Assembly: GCA_964016885.1 (NCBI GenBank)
Contig: OZ024740.1
Span: forward strand, 294,252,001-294,316,000
Direction: 5' to 3'
Length of the DNA stretch: 64,000 nucleotides
Source of the DNA: Eledone cirrhosa
Lineage: Eukaryota
Shown here: positions 12,613 to 25,473 of the stretch, piece by piece
Layout: every line of letters begins with the position of its first letter
Numbering within the stretch: position 1 is the first letter of the stretch
Made by a program: the position numbers and the translations under genes
Notes under the pieces: model-generated
The model's input: the letters and a program-made list of their open reading frames with translations, nothing else
The model's database searches: none
Told to the model about the DNA's origin: nothing

Positions 12613-13976
12613 ATCATCATCATCATCATCATCAACGTTTAACGTCCGTGTTCCACGCTTGCATGGGTTTGGACGGGGGTATTCCCACTTGAGGCAAGAG
12701 TGATTGTCTTGCTCGCATAGGACTGTCTGGCAGGTTTTCTACAGTTGGATGCCCTTGCTAACACAACCACATTTACAGTGTGGGTCTGGGAGGTTTTTAC
12801 CGTGTTGCCTACACGGCCACATTACAGCGTGGACTGTGTGTTTTTTTTGTCGTGACACCTACACGATCTCATTTGTTTCGGCCTGGATGGCGCGGCACCA
12901 ACATAATGGCGCGGCACCAACATAACTTACATAGAACGGGGTGGTGTGGATGGGGTGGGGTGGTGGGATGGGGTGTATTTTGTTAGAGATGCCTACTGGC
13001 TGTAGTAGGTTTTACTATGTATTTAGGTAAGGCGGGTCTTCTCTGTTACTGAGTACCGCCAAAGGTCTCGGTCCAGTGACATTGTCTTGGAGAGGTGTAA
13101 GTGTGTGAGGTCGGAGTTTATCAGCTCGTCCCAGGTTTTTCTAGGTCTGCCTATTCCGTGGCTACCGTCTATCTTTATTGCCCTGCACTTTGTTATACAG
13201 CTATCGACTTTCATGCGCATCACGTGTCCATACCAACGTAGCCTTCTCTCGAGTAAACAACATCTGATCCCTCTTATTTCTAATTTTTTCCTTAGTTCGG
13301 TTATGCTTTGCCGTTCACGTATATTACTGTTACACATCCAGCGGAGCATGCAAGCTTCGTTCCTCTCTAGTCTGCATATATCCTCTGCACACAATGCCCA
13401 GGTCTCACTGCCATGCAACATTGCTGTTCGTATGCAGGCATCATACAACCTGCCTTTCATTTTTAGGGAGAACCCTTTAGCAGCTAATAGTGGTATAAGC
13501 TCTCTGAACTTTTTCCAACTGGTTCTGACTCTAGCTACTGTACTTTCAGAGCACACTCCCCCACTGCTGATTTTGTCGCCCAGGTAACGGAAGCTGTCCA
13601 CTATTTCCATAGAACCCTCTGCGCAATTGAAAGAGCTAGTATTTTGTGGGCACTTGCTGCTACTTATTGCACCAGAGCACCGGCCACATGTAAAATATAT
13701 GTTCTTAGTTAGCTTACCTGTGATCCCACTACATCTTTTATGCACCCATACTTTGCATTTGGGACATAAAATGGAGTTTCTACCTACGCCTTTCCTACAC
13801 ACTGAGCATGGCCATTTCCCAGAAGGGACCGCCGCCTTATTTTCTTTCCTACAAACTAGAACTTTAGTCTTAGCCAGGTTAATTTTAAGTCCTTTTGATT
13901 CTAGGCCGTGCTTCCATGTTTGGAATTTCTTCTCTAGCTCGGCCATTGATTCAGCTATGAGTGTCAGGTCGTCTGC
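12613..13976 (-). mobile_element. RTE family A, 5'-truncated
   Basis: ORF 13023-13946 is nearly identical to the C-terminus of 23267-24928; 3' UTR and (GAT)n tail present; both ends lie in (TA)n. Confidence 0.92.
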
Positions 13977-14042
13977 ATATATATGTATGTATATATATAT
14001 ATATATATTGGAAAATGTGTGTAATCCTTGGTACAGTTAGGT

Positions 14043-14357
14043 ATATTAAGACAGGGAGGAAGAAAAAAATGGCTTCACTTGTGCTTTCAACAAATTTATT
14101 TTCTTCACAAAATCCAAAAAGAATTTTTTTCCGGATTAGAAAAAATTTTTTTATTAAAAAAAATTTTATAAATTAAGTCGTTGGTTGTTGGTTAGGTCTT
14201 AGGAGTTCTTGGTTAATGTAGGAGGTATTGTTTCGTTTTTAGAAAGACCTTTCACGCTGAGGTGCGCTGTGCACCTCAGCGTGAAAGGTCTTTCTAAAAA
14301 CGAAACAATACCTCCTAGTGAAGCACAAGTGAAGCCATTTTTTTCTTCCCCCCTGTC

Positions 14358-14363
<6 letters not shown>
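14043..14363. repeat. Nested inverted repeats
   Basis: Perfect 47-bp arms at 14219-14265 and 14271-14317. Outer arms near 14043-14088 and 14319-14363. The flank 13987-14047 matches the reverse complement of 18320-18362. Confidence 0.85.
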
Positions 14364-14400
<37 letters not shown>

Positions 14401-14415
14401 CTATATATATATATA

Positions 14416-16530
14416 TGTAGCAACGCTGGTTAGTTAGTCTAGTCACTACTTCTGATCAGATCCGAGAATAGTCCTTAGAAGGACTGTTATCGCATAGGGT
14501 CTGATCAGATATGAAGATAGCCCTTAAAAGGACTGTTGTCGCATATAGCTCTTAAAAGGACTGTTGAGGATGGACAGACGAAAGCACAAGGTGAAAGGAC
14601 GAAGCAAGGTGAGATGTAAATTCGATCAGCTATTTATTTTCAGATGAAGCGACGATACGAGATACAAGGCGTGTGAGTGACAAAGCGTGGCAGAGTAAAG
14701 GAACAACGATGCGTTAGCTGACTCTGCCAAAAGTCGACTGGCGAAAGTGTTTGGAACCATTCTATTTATACAGGAACAATCCTTTGTTGTTTAGTCGATG
14801 TGTAGGCGTTTATTCTGGTAGGGTCTTATTCTGGTAGGTTCTAATTCTGGTAGGTTCTAAGGGTTCTTTTGTTTCACGTTGAGTAGCTAGCTAACAGGTA
14901 GATGGCGCTGTATATTTCACAGCTGTTATTTCCGGTGGCTGTACATTAGCCCCCTGCCAATTCTTTTGTACAACAAAAGAGCGAAATATCGTATAGGAAT
15001 GGGCCAGTGGTGCATTTGTCATGACAATAGCCCCAGGAGTGTCCAGCACGTTGTGAAATGTTGTGATCATCGAGTACAGGACAGAGTCGATGTAGAGATG
15101 ATATGGCAAGATGTGTGTGTCAGGAACAGAAAAAAGAAATAAACTATAAAATGACTTTGACCAGATTTATGCAGGCGTGATGAATGAGCCTGTTGCAATT
15201 TCGGTTGAGCTGCCTGTGAATTGCGTGACAAAAAGTCTAACTGTGCAGTGAAGATAACCGTAATGTGTGAACTGAATGGCCGTAAGCATGCTGCCTAAAA
15301 GTAACAGTTTGCTCCACAGCATATGACTTGAGCGAATGCATGTGGTAAAAAAAATAGCGAGGCATTCTCGAGCTATTGAGTGAATGTGTACGTGAAAAAA
15401 AAAAAAGGCCAGTGTTTTGAGGATGCGATTTGTGAAATGCGTGATCAAAGAGAAAACATTTTGTAGTGTAAGAGTTAGAGGGACACAACTATCTATTGCT
15501 CAGTGTATGAACCAAAAGGTGAAACAAATGTGGTTTTGTAGTGTGCATGAAAAACAGGATATGTACACGCCTTGTATGTATATAAAAATTATGGCAATTA
15601 CACAATCAATGTTACAGAACAAGAAAAATACAAATTTTGCAAAACAAGAGAGAGAAGAAAAAAAAAATGTTATACACAATGATATACACAATGTTTGTTC
15701 TTAAATAGTGTTTGTAATAAATAATGTTCATAATAAATAATGTTCTTCGAGACATGAGCACATGGTCACTAAAAATTGCAATTGTTCAAGCAGAAAGTTC
15801 ATTGTATTTGAAACTGGAAATAGTAAACACAAGAAAAATGGAAATGTTTTGCACGAAGAATGATTAAGAAACTCACTTGAGGTTAACGGTAATTCACATA
15901 TTGTGCCAACTTTGCGGGCCAATGGACGCGTCGTCCGCTTCTCGTGACTGGAGATGAAACAGGTGGCTCGCTGGGACAGCAATCTGTTGGAGTTTCTGGT
16001 GTAGAGACTGTAACAGTATCCATGATGGCTTTTTTGATTCTGTCCACGCTGACAGAATTCTGTTTACCATCTAGATCGAGAATAAAATATTTCGGATATT
16101 TTTTTAGAACACGATAAGGGCCAGAATATGGAGGTCGAAGATGAGCTGAGATGGTGTCGTTTCGAACGAAAACGTGTGTCCAATCTTTAATGTCTGAAGG
16201 TACGTGTGTGGCTGTGTTCTGTTGATGGGTGCTTGCAGGAGCAAGGTGAGACATATATTGTCGAAGACGGTGTACGTATGATCCTGGGTCTGGAACATCC
16301 TGAGGAGAGATGGGAGCAACCATCTGACCAGGTAGAACCAGGGTGGTGCCGTACACTAATTTTGCAGGTGTGTGTCCGAATTCCTCTTTAACGGTGGATC
16401 GAATGCCCAGAAGGATGAGTGGTAGGTATTCAAACCAGTGTGTCTTGTCTGGATATGCTTTTATTGCAGCTTTCAATTGGCGATGGAATCTTTCCACGAG
16501 ACCATTAGCTTGAGGGTGATAAGCTGTCGT
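14416..16530 (-). mobile_element. Gypsy LTR retrotransposon 3' half (integrase C-terminus, PPT, 3' LTR 14416-14945)
   Basis: TTAYHPQANGLVERFHR...PYSGPYRV (GPY/F motif) at 15883-16530. On the minus strand, purine tract ggcagggggctaa precedes LTR TGTACA...TGCTACA. Confidence 0.88.
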
Positions 16531-16955
16531 GCTACTGTACGTCTGTATACATATATGTATGTACGTATACATACATACTTTCATTTAAGTAAGTGCCGTA
16601 CTAAGAGTGAGAAATGAAATTTCGTTTCATTCTATTCCATTTATCGTTTTCGGTGCGCCTGGCCGACTGAACTCACTCGATATGCAAATTAGGCTGCTCA
16701 GCCGTTAATTTCCATAAGAAAAGTATATACTTTCGGACGTTCAACCATCTGGCAGAAAGGTATACGGTGCTGACGATAGCTAACAAGCTTGAAACTAGTA
16801 CATCGTTCCTGTGTCAGTGTTGAACAAAAAGGTGACGTGGTTGCCTAAACACTGTATGGTGTAAATCAGGCTGTTCGTTTGTTTACAAACGAACAAAGCG
16901 AACATTATAATAAATGTTCGGTAAACTGATACGTGCATATATATATGTGTGCTTG

Positions 16956-16994
<39 letters not shown>

Positions 16995-17052
16995 GTGCTA
17001 CTGTACGTCTGTATACATATATGTATGTACGTATACATACATACTTACATTT
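16528..17052 (+). mobile_element. Non-coding 466-bp unit with terminal direct repeat and hammerhead ribozyme (retrozyme- or pLTR-like, family D)
   Basis: 16528-16585 is repeated at 16994-17052; internal hammerhead; related copy at 20978-21410. Confidence 0.7.
16764..16806 (+). ncRNA. Minimal type I hammerhead ribozyme
   Basis: acggug CUGACGA u agcu aaca agcu u GAAA cuag UA caucgu. Stem I has 6 bp; predicted cleavage after GUA at 16800. Confidence 0.8.
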
Positions 17053-17060
17053 ATATATAC

Positions 17061-17115
<55 letters not shown>

Positions 17116-17424
17116 CATGCACATATATATATATATTATATTTACATATATTTATACATATGACTGCGTATGTGTGTAAATATACATATTCACGGGGTCG
17201 ATAAAATAAAGTACCAGTAATGCACTGGGTAATTGCTGGCCTTGTGCCTAAAGTAGAAACATTTGTTTACTTTTGAAGGTGTTTAACTGTTTCCTACCTT
17301 TTTATTTTTCTCACCAATCAAGTGAAATATAACAGAAAGGACATTTTTCTTTACAAGAAGAAATTAAAATAAACAAATCTGGGTGACACATTAAATGAGA
17401 AAGAAATACAGTACTAAGAAAATC

Positions 17425-17852
17425 TAGATATCACCTCCCCTCTCTCTATAAATATTACCTTGATATCATCTCTCCTTAGTCTAAAAGTATTATCAAGATA
17501 TCACCTGTCATCAGTCTACAAATTCTATTTAGATATCACCTCCCCTCTCTCTACAAATACTATCTTGATATCATCTCTCCTTAGTCTACAAATACTATCT
17601 AGATATCACCTCTACTTAGTCTACAAATACTACCTAGATATCACCTCCCCTCTCTCTACAAATACTACCTTGATATCATCTCTCCTTAGTCTACAAACAC
17701 TATCAAGATATCACCTCTCTTTAGGCTACAAATACTATCTAGATATCACCTCTCATCAGTCTACAAATACTACCTTGATATCATCTCTCCTTAGTCTACA
17801 AATACTATCTAGATATCACCTCTCCTCAGTCTACAAATACTATCAAGATATC
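17425..17852. repeat. 35-bp minisatellite, about 12 copies
   Basis: GATATC recurs every 35 nt; unit agatatcacctctcctcagtctacaaatactatct. Confidence 0.92.
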
Positions 17853-17857
17853 ATAAA

Positions 17858-18155
17858 AATTTGTTTCCCAGGACCAGACTATCAATCGAGTGTTCTACTG
17901 CAATGTTTTGAGGGGTTTGAGGGACGACGTTCGGCGAAAGCGACTGGATCTGTGGGGTGCGAAGAATTGGATTTTTCACAACAATAATGCACCATGTCAC
18001 CGAGCTCTTCTTACTCGTTAGTTTCTTGCCAAAAACAACATTGTATTGCTTCCACACCTGCCCTATTTCAAAGGAGATAATGTTAAAACATAGGTAAATA
18101 TATTAGTTTATTTGAAACATGATTAATCCGGGAACCTTTTGATTCCACCTTTCAT
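17858..18155 (+). mobile_element. Mariner transposase fragment plus probable right TIR
   Basis: PGQTINRVFYCNVL..LR..VRRKR..LW...WIFHNNNAPCH...LPHLPY; ends ccgggaaccttttgattccacctttca-TA. Confidence 0.75.
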
Positions 18156-18377
18156 ATGTGTGTGTGCGTGTGTGTGTGAATATATTCATTTTTATTAAGG
18201 CTGCATAGTGTGTCATGTTACACTGGAGTACCACCTGTTTAACAAAACTTATTGACCCAGTGAAAATTAAATCAAATTGTTTAGAACTACAAGGGCAGTC
18301 ATTCTTTTCCTTTTTTTCAAATATACCTAACTGTACCAAGGATCTCACACATTTTCCAATATATATATATATATACA

Positions 18378-18678
18378 CTGATGATGAAAAACTCAGAGCT
18401 GTATGGGAGCCTCCCAAAAGTCAGCTCAAAAGTGACACAGAGGAGACTGAGGTTAGCTGGACATGCTCACCGACATCCAGAGTTGACATTGCACTCAGTG
18501 CTCCTGTGGGAGCCCCTACATGGACACACTGGAAGAGGAAGACCAAGGTTAACGTATGTTGATGCCCTAAGGACAGACACTGGTCTGTTGGAGATGCAGG
18601 ACATGGCAGCGATAATGAGGGACAGAGACCGCTGGAGAGAACTCGTCCATGGATCTCGGGAATTTTTCCGCCCTAGAT
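18378..18678 (+). mobile_element. RTE/RTEX-like LINE 3' end (distinct family)
   Basis: ELYGSLPKVS..VTQRRLRLAGH..RH...LLWEP.HG...RGRPRLTYVD. The tail is re-copied at 18750-18785. Confidence 0.78.
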
Positions 18679-18821
18679 ATATATATATATATATATATAT
18701 ACTATAAGAATAAATGAACAAGGATTCAGTGGATTCAGTATATATATATGTCCATGGATCTCGGGAATTTTACTCGCCTTAGATAGATACATATACATAT
18801 ATATACATATATATATATATA

Positions 18822-19008
18822 ATTGTTTCTACTTTAGGCCAAGGCCAGCAATTACCCAGTGCATTACTGGTACTTTATTTTATCGACCCCGTAAGGATGA
18901 AAGGCAAAGTTAACCTCGGCGGGATTTGAACTCAGATCGTAAAGGGACGTAACTATGCTGGAAAGCATGGCATCCGACCCTCTATCGATACTACCAATCC
19001 ACCGCCCT
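18822..19008 (-). mobile_element. SINE family S2
   Basis: Minus strand gggcggtggattggtagtatcg...ctgagttcaaatcccgccgaggttaactttgcctttcatcc...ggtcgataaaataaagtaccag. Confidence 0.85.
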
Positions 19009-19011
19009 AAG

Positions 19012-19062
19012 AGCTTCTACAGGACTAGAACTGTTTCATTCGTGAGAAATCATCAGGAAGCT
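19012..19062 (-). ncRNA. Type I hammerhead ribozyme at the end of repeat family H (19012-19340)
   Basis: agcuuc CUGAUGA u uuc ucac gaa u GAAA cag uucuaguc cug UA gaagcu; all three stems pair. Confidence 0.85.
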
Positions 19063-19340
19063 GGCTGTCCAAGTAAGTGTGGTGGTGGTATTTATATCTT
19101 TTCTTTTCGGGTGGTAGGAGAGGGTGGGGATTGGGATGGGTGGAGGTCATTGGTTGATGGATTTAAAGAAAAGGGAGTTAATTAAAAGCTAATTCTTTAG
19201 AGCTATAATATTAACAAAGGCAGAAAATATACTGTAGACAAATTCAAATTTGAATACCAATCCTTGTTTATCTCTTAAACTAACAATGCCTGTAAGTCAG
19301 GTGTCTACAGGATGGGTGGGGTTCATTGGTTTAAAGAAAA

Positions 19341-19477
19341 CTACAGCTGAGTAAACTGAAGCAATGTGAAATAAAGTGTCTTGCTCAAGGAAACAACACA
19401 TCACCCGGTCTGAGAATTGAACTCACAACCTTTCGATTGCAAGGCCAATGCTCTAACCACTAAGCCATGTGCCTCCA
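19341..19477 (-). mobile_element. SINE S1 head and core fragment
   Basis: Minus strand ggaggcacatggcttagtggttagagc...gagttcaattctc. Confidence 0.85.
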
Positions 19478-19760
19478 TTGTTGAGAAGATTGGTTAAAAT
19501 TTGTTAAAATTTGTTGTAAACACAAATAAGTCTATCGTGGCATTTGGTGGAAGGGAGGGAGGGGTGGCTGAACTTGCCTGTAGAACAATGAGGGAGTGAG
19601 TGGAGCCGTCAAGCGTTGAAAGTGAAATCTATACAGCATATTCTAAGGATAGTGTATGAAAAGTCGAAAAATTGTTCTGGAGAAAAAGGAGGAGGCAGGT
19701 TATAATAGGTAAGTCAAATGGGAGTGGGAGATAATAAAAAATAATAGAAAGAAATATATA
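19478..19760. repeat. Unclassified interspersed repeat family F
   Basis: Near-identical copies at 25547-25870 and 35137-35380. Confidence 0.8.
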
Positions 19761-19764
19761 TATA

Positions 19765-20211
19765 TAAACAATTAAGTTAAAGTGTACATCTACATATGTA
19801 TACGGAAGTATTAGTATGCATATAAATACACACATGTATACATATGTACATGTACTGAGTTTTTCACTAGACACTTTACAGTGAGTGTCAGCTAGTCTGT
19901 ATGTAACCACACAGACGGACCGGGTTTTAGAGTCATACGAGTCTTCAAGGAAACACATTTCCTCTATTCTCCAAAGAGCCAGACAGGGAGGGGGGGCCTC
20001 TCTGGAGAATAGAGGAAATGTGTTTCCTTGAAAACTCGTATGACTCTAAAACCCGGTCCGTCTGTGTGGTTACATACAGACTAGCTGACACTCACTGTAA
20101 AGTGTCTAGTGAAAAACTCAGTACATGTACATATGTATACATGTGTGTATTTATATGCATACTAATACTTCCGTATACATATGTAGATGTACACTTTAAC
20201 TTAATTGTTTA
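19765..20211. repeat. Foldback palindrome with about 214-bp arms
   Basis: 19765-19978 versus 19998-20211, about 2 mismatches; mirror ORFs 19629..19958(-) and 20018..20212(+). Confidence 0.92.
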
Positions 20212-20279
20212 AGCGTCAGTCATACAAAAGTGAGTTAGAAGCGAAACGAAATTTAATTTCGTTTCGTTATTTGTTTTTA

Positions 20280-20487
20280 TATATATATATATATATATAT
20301 ACATATATATACACATACATGTGTGTGTGTAAACGCATACACACATATATGTATACATATATATACACACACACATACACATATAACATATATATACAAA
20401 TACACACATATATATATATACATATACACACAAATACAAGCACATATACACATATACACACACACATATATATATATATACACAGAT

Positions 20488-20544
<57 letters not shown>

Positions 20545-20545
20545 T

Positions 20546-20582
<37 letters not shown>

Positions 20583-20699
20583 CATACTTACACATATATA
20601 TATATATATATATACACACACATATATATATATACATATACACACAAATACAACCACATATACACATATACACACACACATATATATATATACACAGAT

Positions 20700-20756
<57 letters not shown>

Positions 20757-20757
20757 T

Positions 20758-20792
<35 letters not shown>

Positions 20793-20879
20793 CATATATA
20801 TACATACTTACACATATATATATATATACACACACATATATATATACACATATACATACCAATATATACACATACACAA

Positions 20880-20910
<31 letters not shown>

Positions 20911-20937
20911 CATATATATACATACATATACATACAT

Positions 20938-20977
<40 letters not shown>
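20280..20977. repeat. Compound (TA)n/(CA)n microsatellite (similar tracts at 38645-39060, 40615-41125, 44450-44570, 57545-57808)
   Basis: Directly visible in the sequence. Confidence 0.95.
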
Positions 20978-20982
<5 letters not shown>

Positions 20983-21410
20983 AGAATGAAACGAAATTTC
21001 ATTTCTCACTCTTAGTACGGCACTTACTTAAATGTAAGTATGTATGTATGTATACGTACATACATATATGTATACAGACGTACAGTAGTATGTATATATA
21101 TACATACATGCACACATATATATATGCACGTATCGGTTTACCGAACATTTATTATAATGCTCGATTTGTTTGTTCAAACAAACACCCCGAATTATCTTAA
21201 AAAAAAAAAAAAAAAATGTGACGTGGCTGTCTAAATTGTACGGCGTAATTCGGGCTGTTTGTTTGTTTACAAACAAACACACTGAGCATTATAATAAATG
21301 TTCAGTAAACCGATACGTGCATATATATATATGTGTGCATGTATGTATATATATACATACTACTGTACGTCTGTATACATATATGTATGTACGTATACAT
21401 ACTTACATAA
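20978..21410. mobile_element. Family D partial copies in inverted arrangement
   Basis: The minus arm (20978-21195) and plus arm (21215-21410) both match 16528-17052. Confidence 0.8.
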
Positions 21411-21429
21411 TTATATAAACTACCCCAAC

Positions 21430-24400
21430 CTTAATTCTGTCGTATTTTTCAAAACAAAAATCCTTCTTATATATTCTTTTTAAATATATTTGTTATTTCG
21501 AGGACCGTATTTAAACATTTAAACTTTTAACCCCTGCTCCTTCCTATCTTCCCCTCCCCTACATCATGCTGGTTCCTATTTAAACCTTACCTTCTCGCTA
21601 ATAACTCAACAACCCACCCGCCAGCCACCACGCACCACCATTATTATTACGTGGACCAATCATAAGTCATAGGCCTATTCTATCGCTTACCTGGTTGCCT
21701 TTCGATATGATGGATGGACTACGGAATTCTGGAGAGTTGAAGAAAGAGAAATCTGGACGCTCAGCGACAATGCCAAAGATAAAGACAAATTCACCTCGTG
21801 GACGAGAATGCGAGCACTCCTCCTCTTTGTTTCGGCCGCGGATGGCTAACATAACCCCATCTCCCCCCGCTCCGACCCTCCAAACGCAATCCAAAACTTC
21901 AGAGTTGGTACCATGAATGTAGGCACCTTAAAGGGTCGCTCTAACGAGGTTGTAGAAATGCTTGAACGTAAGGAGGTCGATGTTTGTTGTATTCAAGAGA
22001 CCAGGTGGAGGGGTGGGTCTGCTAGATTCATTGTGGGTAAAAAACGATGCGATAAGCTTTTCTGGGTGGGAAATGACAACGGGCTGGGTGGATTAGGAAT
22101 CATGGTAGCAGAAAAGTGGGCAGATAAGATAATAGACGTAAATAGAGTGAACGACAGAATAATTAAAATAAGACTTCAATAGAACTACGGTGACAGTGAT
22201 ATCTGCGTACGCACCCCAATCCGGACTGCCCGGCACTATAAAAGACAGATTCTATGAGACACTGATGCTCACTACCTCCCAAATAACTGACAGTGACTAT
22301 ATAATTATTGCAGGCGACCTAAATGGCCACGTTGGACAACATTGTGACGGTTACGACGGAATCCATGGAGGCTATGGGTTTGGTACTAGAAATGAGGAAG
22401 GCTCCAGAATCCTGGAATTCTGTGACGCAAATAACCTAACTATCTGTAACACTAACTTCAAAAAACGAGACAATCACCTGATCACCTATAGATCGGGCGA
22501 ACACACAAGCCAGGTAGATTATATCCTTACCAGAAGACGTGACAGAGTGTCTGTTGTAAACACTAAATCCCTCCCCCATGAAGAATGCACCTACCAACAT
22601 AAACTGATAATTAGCGACCTAATAGTCAGGACGAGACGTACTAGACAGCAGAAGAGGACTATCCTCAGGAGAAAAATATGGAAGCTAAAGGACCCCACAG
22701 CCAGAAATAAATTTAAAAGCATACTACTTGATGCTTTCGACAGTAAGGAAGAGCAATTAGAGTCGTACAATATAGAAGAACAGTGGGAATTCCTGAAAGC
22801 AAACCTGCTGATGGCGGCAGACGAAGTCTGTGGCTGGAGCAGGCCTGTAGGCAGGAGGAGAGTAACATGGTGGTGGAACAGTAAGGTGGAGGGGTCAATT
22901 AAGGCCAAAAAGCAGGCTTGGAAAGTATGGCGGGATGGGGGAAGTAGAGAAGACTATCAAGTGGCCAGGAGGGAAGCTAGGAGACAAGTGTACTTCGCAA
23001 GAAGGGAAGCAAAGGAAAGAAAGTTCAAGCATGTTCTACAACGCGAGGACCAAAAACGTGAGGTGTTCAGGATTGCTAGGCAATGTGTCAAGGAAAACCG
23101 TGATATTGTCGGGGAGAAGTGTGTACTTAATAATGATGGCGTACTTGCCATCACCAACGCTGATAAGAAGGTAGCTTAGAAGTGTCGCTACGAAAGGCTA
23201 CTAAATGAGGAGAATAAATGGGAGAAAGACAGTCTCCCCCACATCGACCCAATAGAGGGACCAGCAGTGTTAGTCGAGGGTAGTATAATAAGTAAGGCAA
23301 TCAAAGATATGAAGACGGGTAAGGCAGCTGGGCCTTCGGAAATAGTTGCTGAGATGTTGAAGGCATCTGGAACGGTGGGACACACCATGGTCACCCGGAT
23401 AGTAAACCAAGTCGTACATAATGGGGTTGTTCCGAAGGACTGGCGTAGCAGCATCATCATTAACTGTTATAAGGGTAAAGGAGATGCCCTAGACAGGAGT
23501 AACTATAGAGGCATTAAATTAATCGACCAGGTCATGAAGGTCACGGAAAAAGTAATAGCGCAACTAATCAGAGAGAGAATTGATCTAGATGAAATGCAGT
23601 TCGGGTTTGTGTCAGGCAAAAGTACCACAGACGCTCTTTTCATTGTACGACAACTACAGGAGAAGTACCTAGCTAAAAGTAAACCCCTATACTTAGTTTT
23701 TGTCGATTTGGAGAAAGCCTTCGACAGAGTCCCCCGTTCCATTATCTGGTGGGCTCTTAGAAAACTAGGTGTTGACGAATGGCTTGTGAGAGCTATACAA
23801 GCCATGTATAAAGAAACAGTCAGCAAGGTTAGAATTAACAACGAATATAGTGAAGAGTTTAGCGTAAAAGTTGGTGTCCATCAGGGCTCTGTTCTTAGCC
23901 CCCTACTATTTATTATTGCCCTTCAGGCTATAACAGAGGAGTTCAAGACCGGCTGCCCATGGGAATTCCTATACGCAGATGATCTAACGCTCATAGCTGA
24001 ATCAATGGCCGAGCTAGAGAAGAAATTCCAAACATGGAAGCACGGCCTAGAATCAAAAGGCCTTAAAATTAACCTGGCTAAGACTAAAGTTCTAGTTTGT
24101 AAGAAAGAAAATAAGGCGGCGGTCCCTTCCGGGAAGTGGCCATGCTCAGTGTGTAGGAAATGCGTAGGTAGAAACTCCATTTTATGTCCCAAATGTAAAG
24201 TATGGGTGCATAAAAGATGTAGTGGGATCACAGGTAAGCTAACTAAGAACATAGATTTTACATGTGGCCGGTGCTCTGGTGCAATAAGTAGCAGCAAGTG
24301 CCCACAAAATACTAGCTCTTTCAATTGCGCAGAGGGTTCTATAGAAATAGTGGACAGCTTCAGTTACCTGGGTGACAAAATTAGCAGTGGGGGAGGGTGC

Positions 24401-25322
24401 TCTGAAAGTACAGTAGCTAGAGTCAGAACTGGATGGAAAAAGTTCAGAGAGCTTATACCACTATTAGCCGCTAAAGGGTTCTCCCTAAAAATGAAAGGCA
24501 GGTTGTATGATGCCTGCATACGAACAGCAATGTTGCATGGCAGTGAGACCTGGGCATTGTGTGCAGAGGATATATGCAGACTGCAGAGGAACGAAGCTTG
24601 CATGCTCCGCTGGATGTGTAATAGTAATATACGTGAACGGCAAAGCATAAACGAACTAAGGAAAAAATTAGAAATAAGAGGGATCAGATGTTGTTTACTT
24701 GAGAGAAGGCTACGTTGGTATGGTCACGTGATGCGCATGAAAGACGACAGCTGTATAACAAAGTGCAGGGCAATAAAGATAGACGGTAGCCACGGAGTAG
24801 ACAGACCCAGAAAAACCTGGGACGACCTGATAAATTCCGACCTCACACACTTACACCTCTCCAAGACAATGTCACTGGACCGAGACCTTTGGCGGTACTC
24901 AGTAATAGAGAAGACCCGCCTTACCTAAATACAAAGTAAAACCTACTACAGTCAGTAGACATCTCTAACAAAATACACCCCCGTCCCACCTCCCCCACCC
25001 CATCCACACCGCCCCTTTCAATGTAAAGTTATGTTGGTGCCACAACATCCAGGCCGAAACAAATGATATCGTTTAGGTGTCACGACAAAAAAAACACACA
25101 GTCCACGCTGTAATGTGGCCGTGTAGGCAACACGGTAAAAACCTCCCAGCCCCACACTGTAAATGTGGTTGGTGTTAGGAAGGGCATCCAGCTGTAGAAA
25201 ACCCGCCAGACAGTCCTATGCGAGCAATGACAACCACTCTTGCCTCAAGTGGGAAAACTCCCGTCCAAACCCATGCAAGCGTGGAACATGGACGTTAAAC
25301 GATGATGATGATGATGATGATA
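21430..25322 (+). mobile_element. Near full-length RTE LINE family A (APE-RT-PHD-like finger) with two premature stops
   Basis: TMNVGTL, IQETRW, AYAPQ, GDLN, QVDYIL (EN); VDLEKAFDRV, GVHQGSVLSP, YADD (RT). TAG stops at 22180 and 23177. (GAT)n tail. 5' boundary approximate. Confidence 0.95.
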
Positions 25323-25473
25323 CATATATACATATACATATATACATATATATATACATATACAGATATATATATACATATACAGATATATATATACATA
25401 TATACACACACATACATACACATATACACACATTTATATATACATATACATATATATCTATATATATATATAT

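Noticed and set aside
13087-14040. Antisense ORFs recurring over RTE copies
   Set aside because: They are shadow frames of the RT coding strand, repeated only because the copies are near-identical.
20205-21009. Long YIYIY/HTHT/CVCV ORFs (also near 16800-17200, 38600-41200, 44300-44900 and 57400-57800)
   Set aside because: They are translations of stop-free (TA)n/(CA)n microsatellites.
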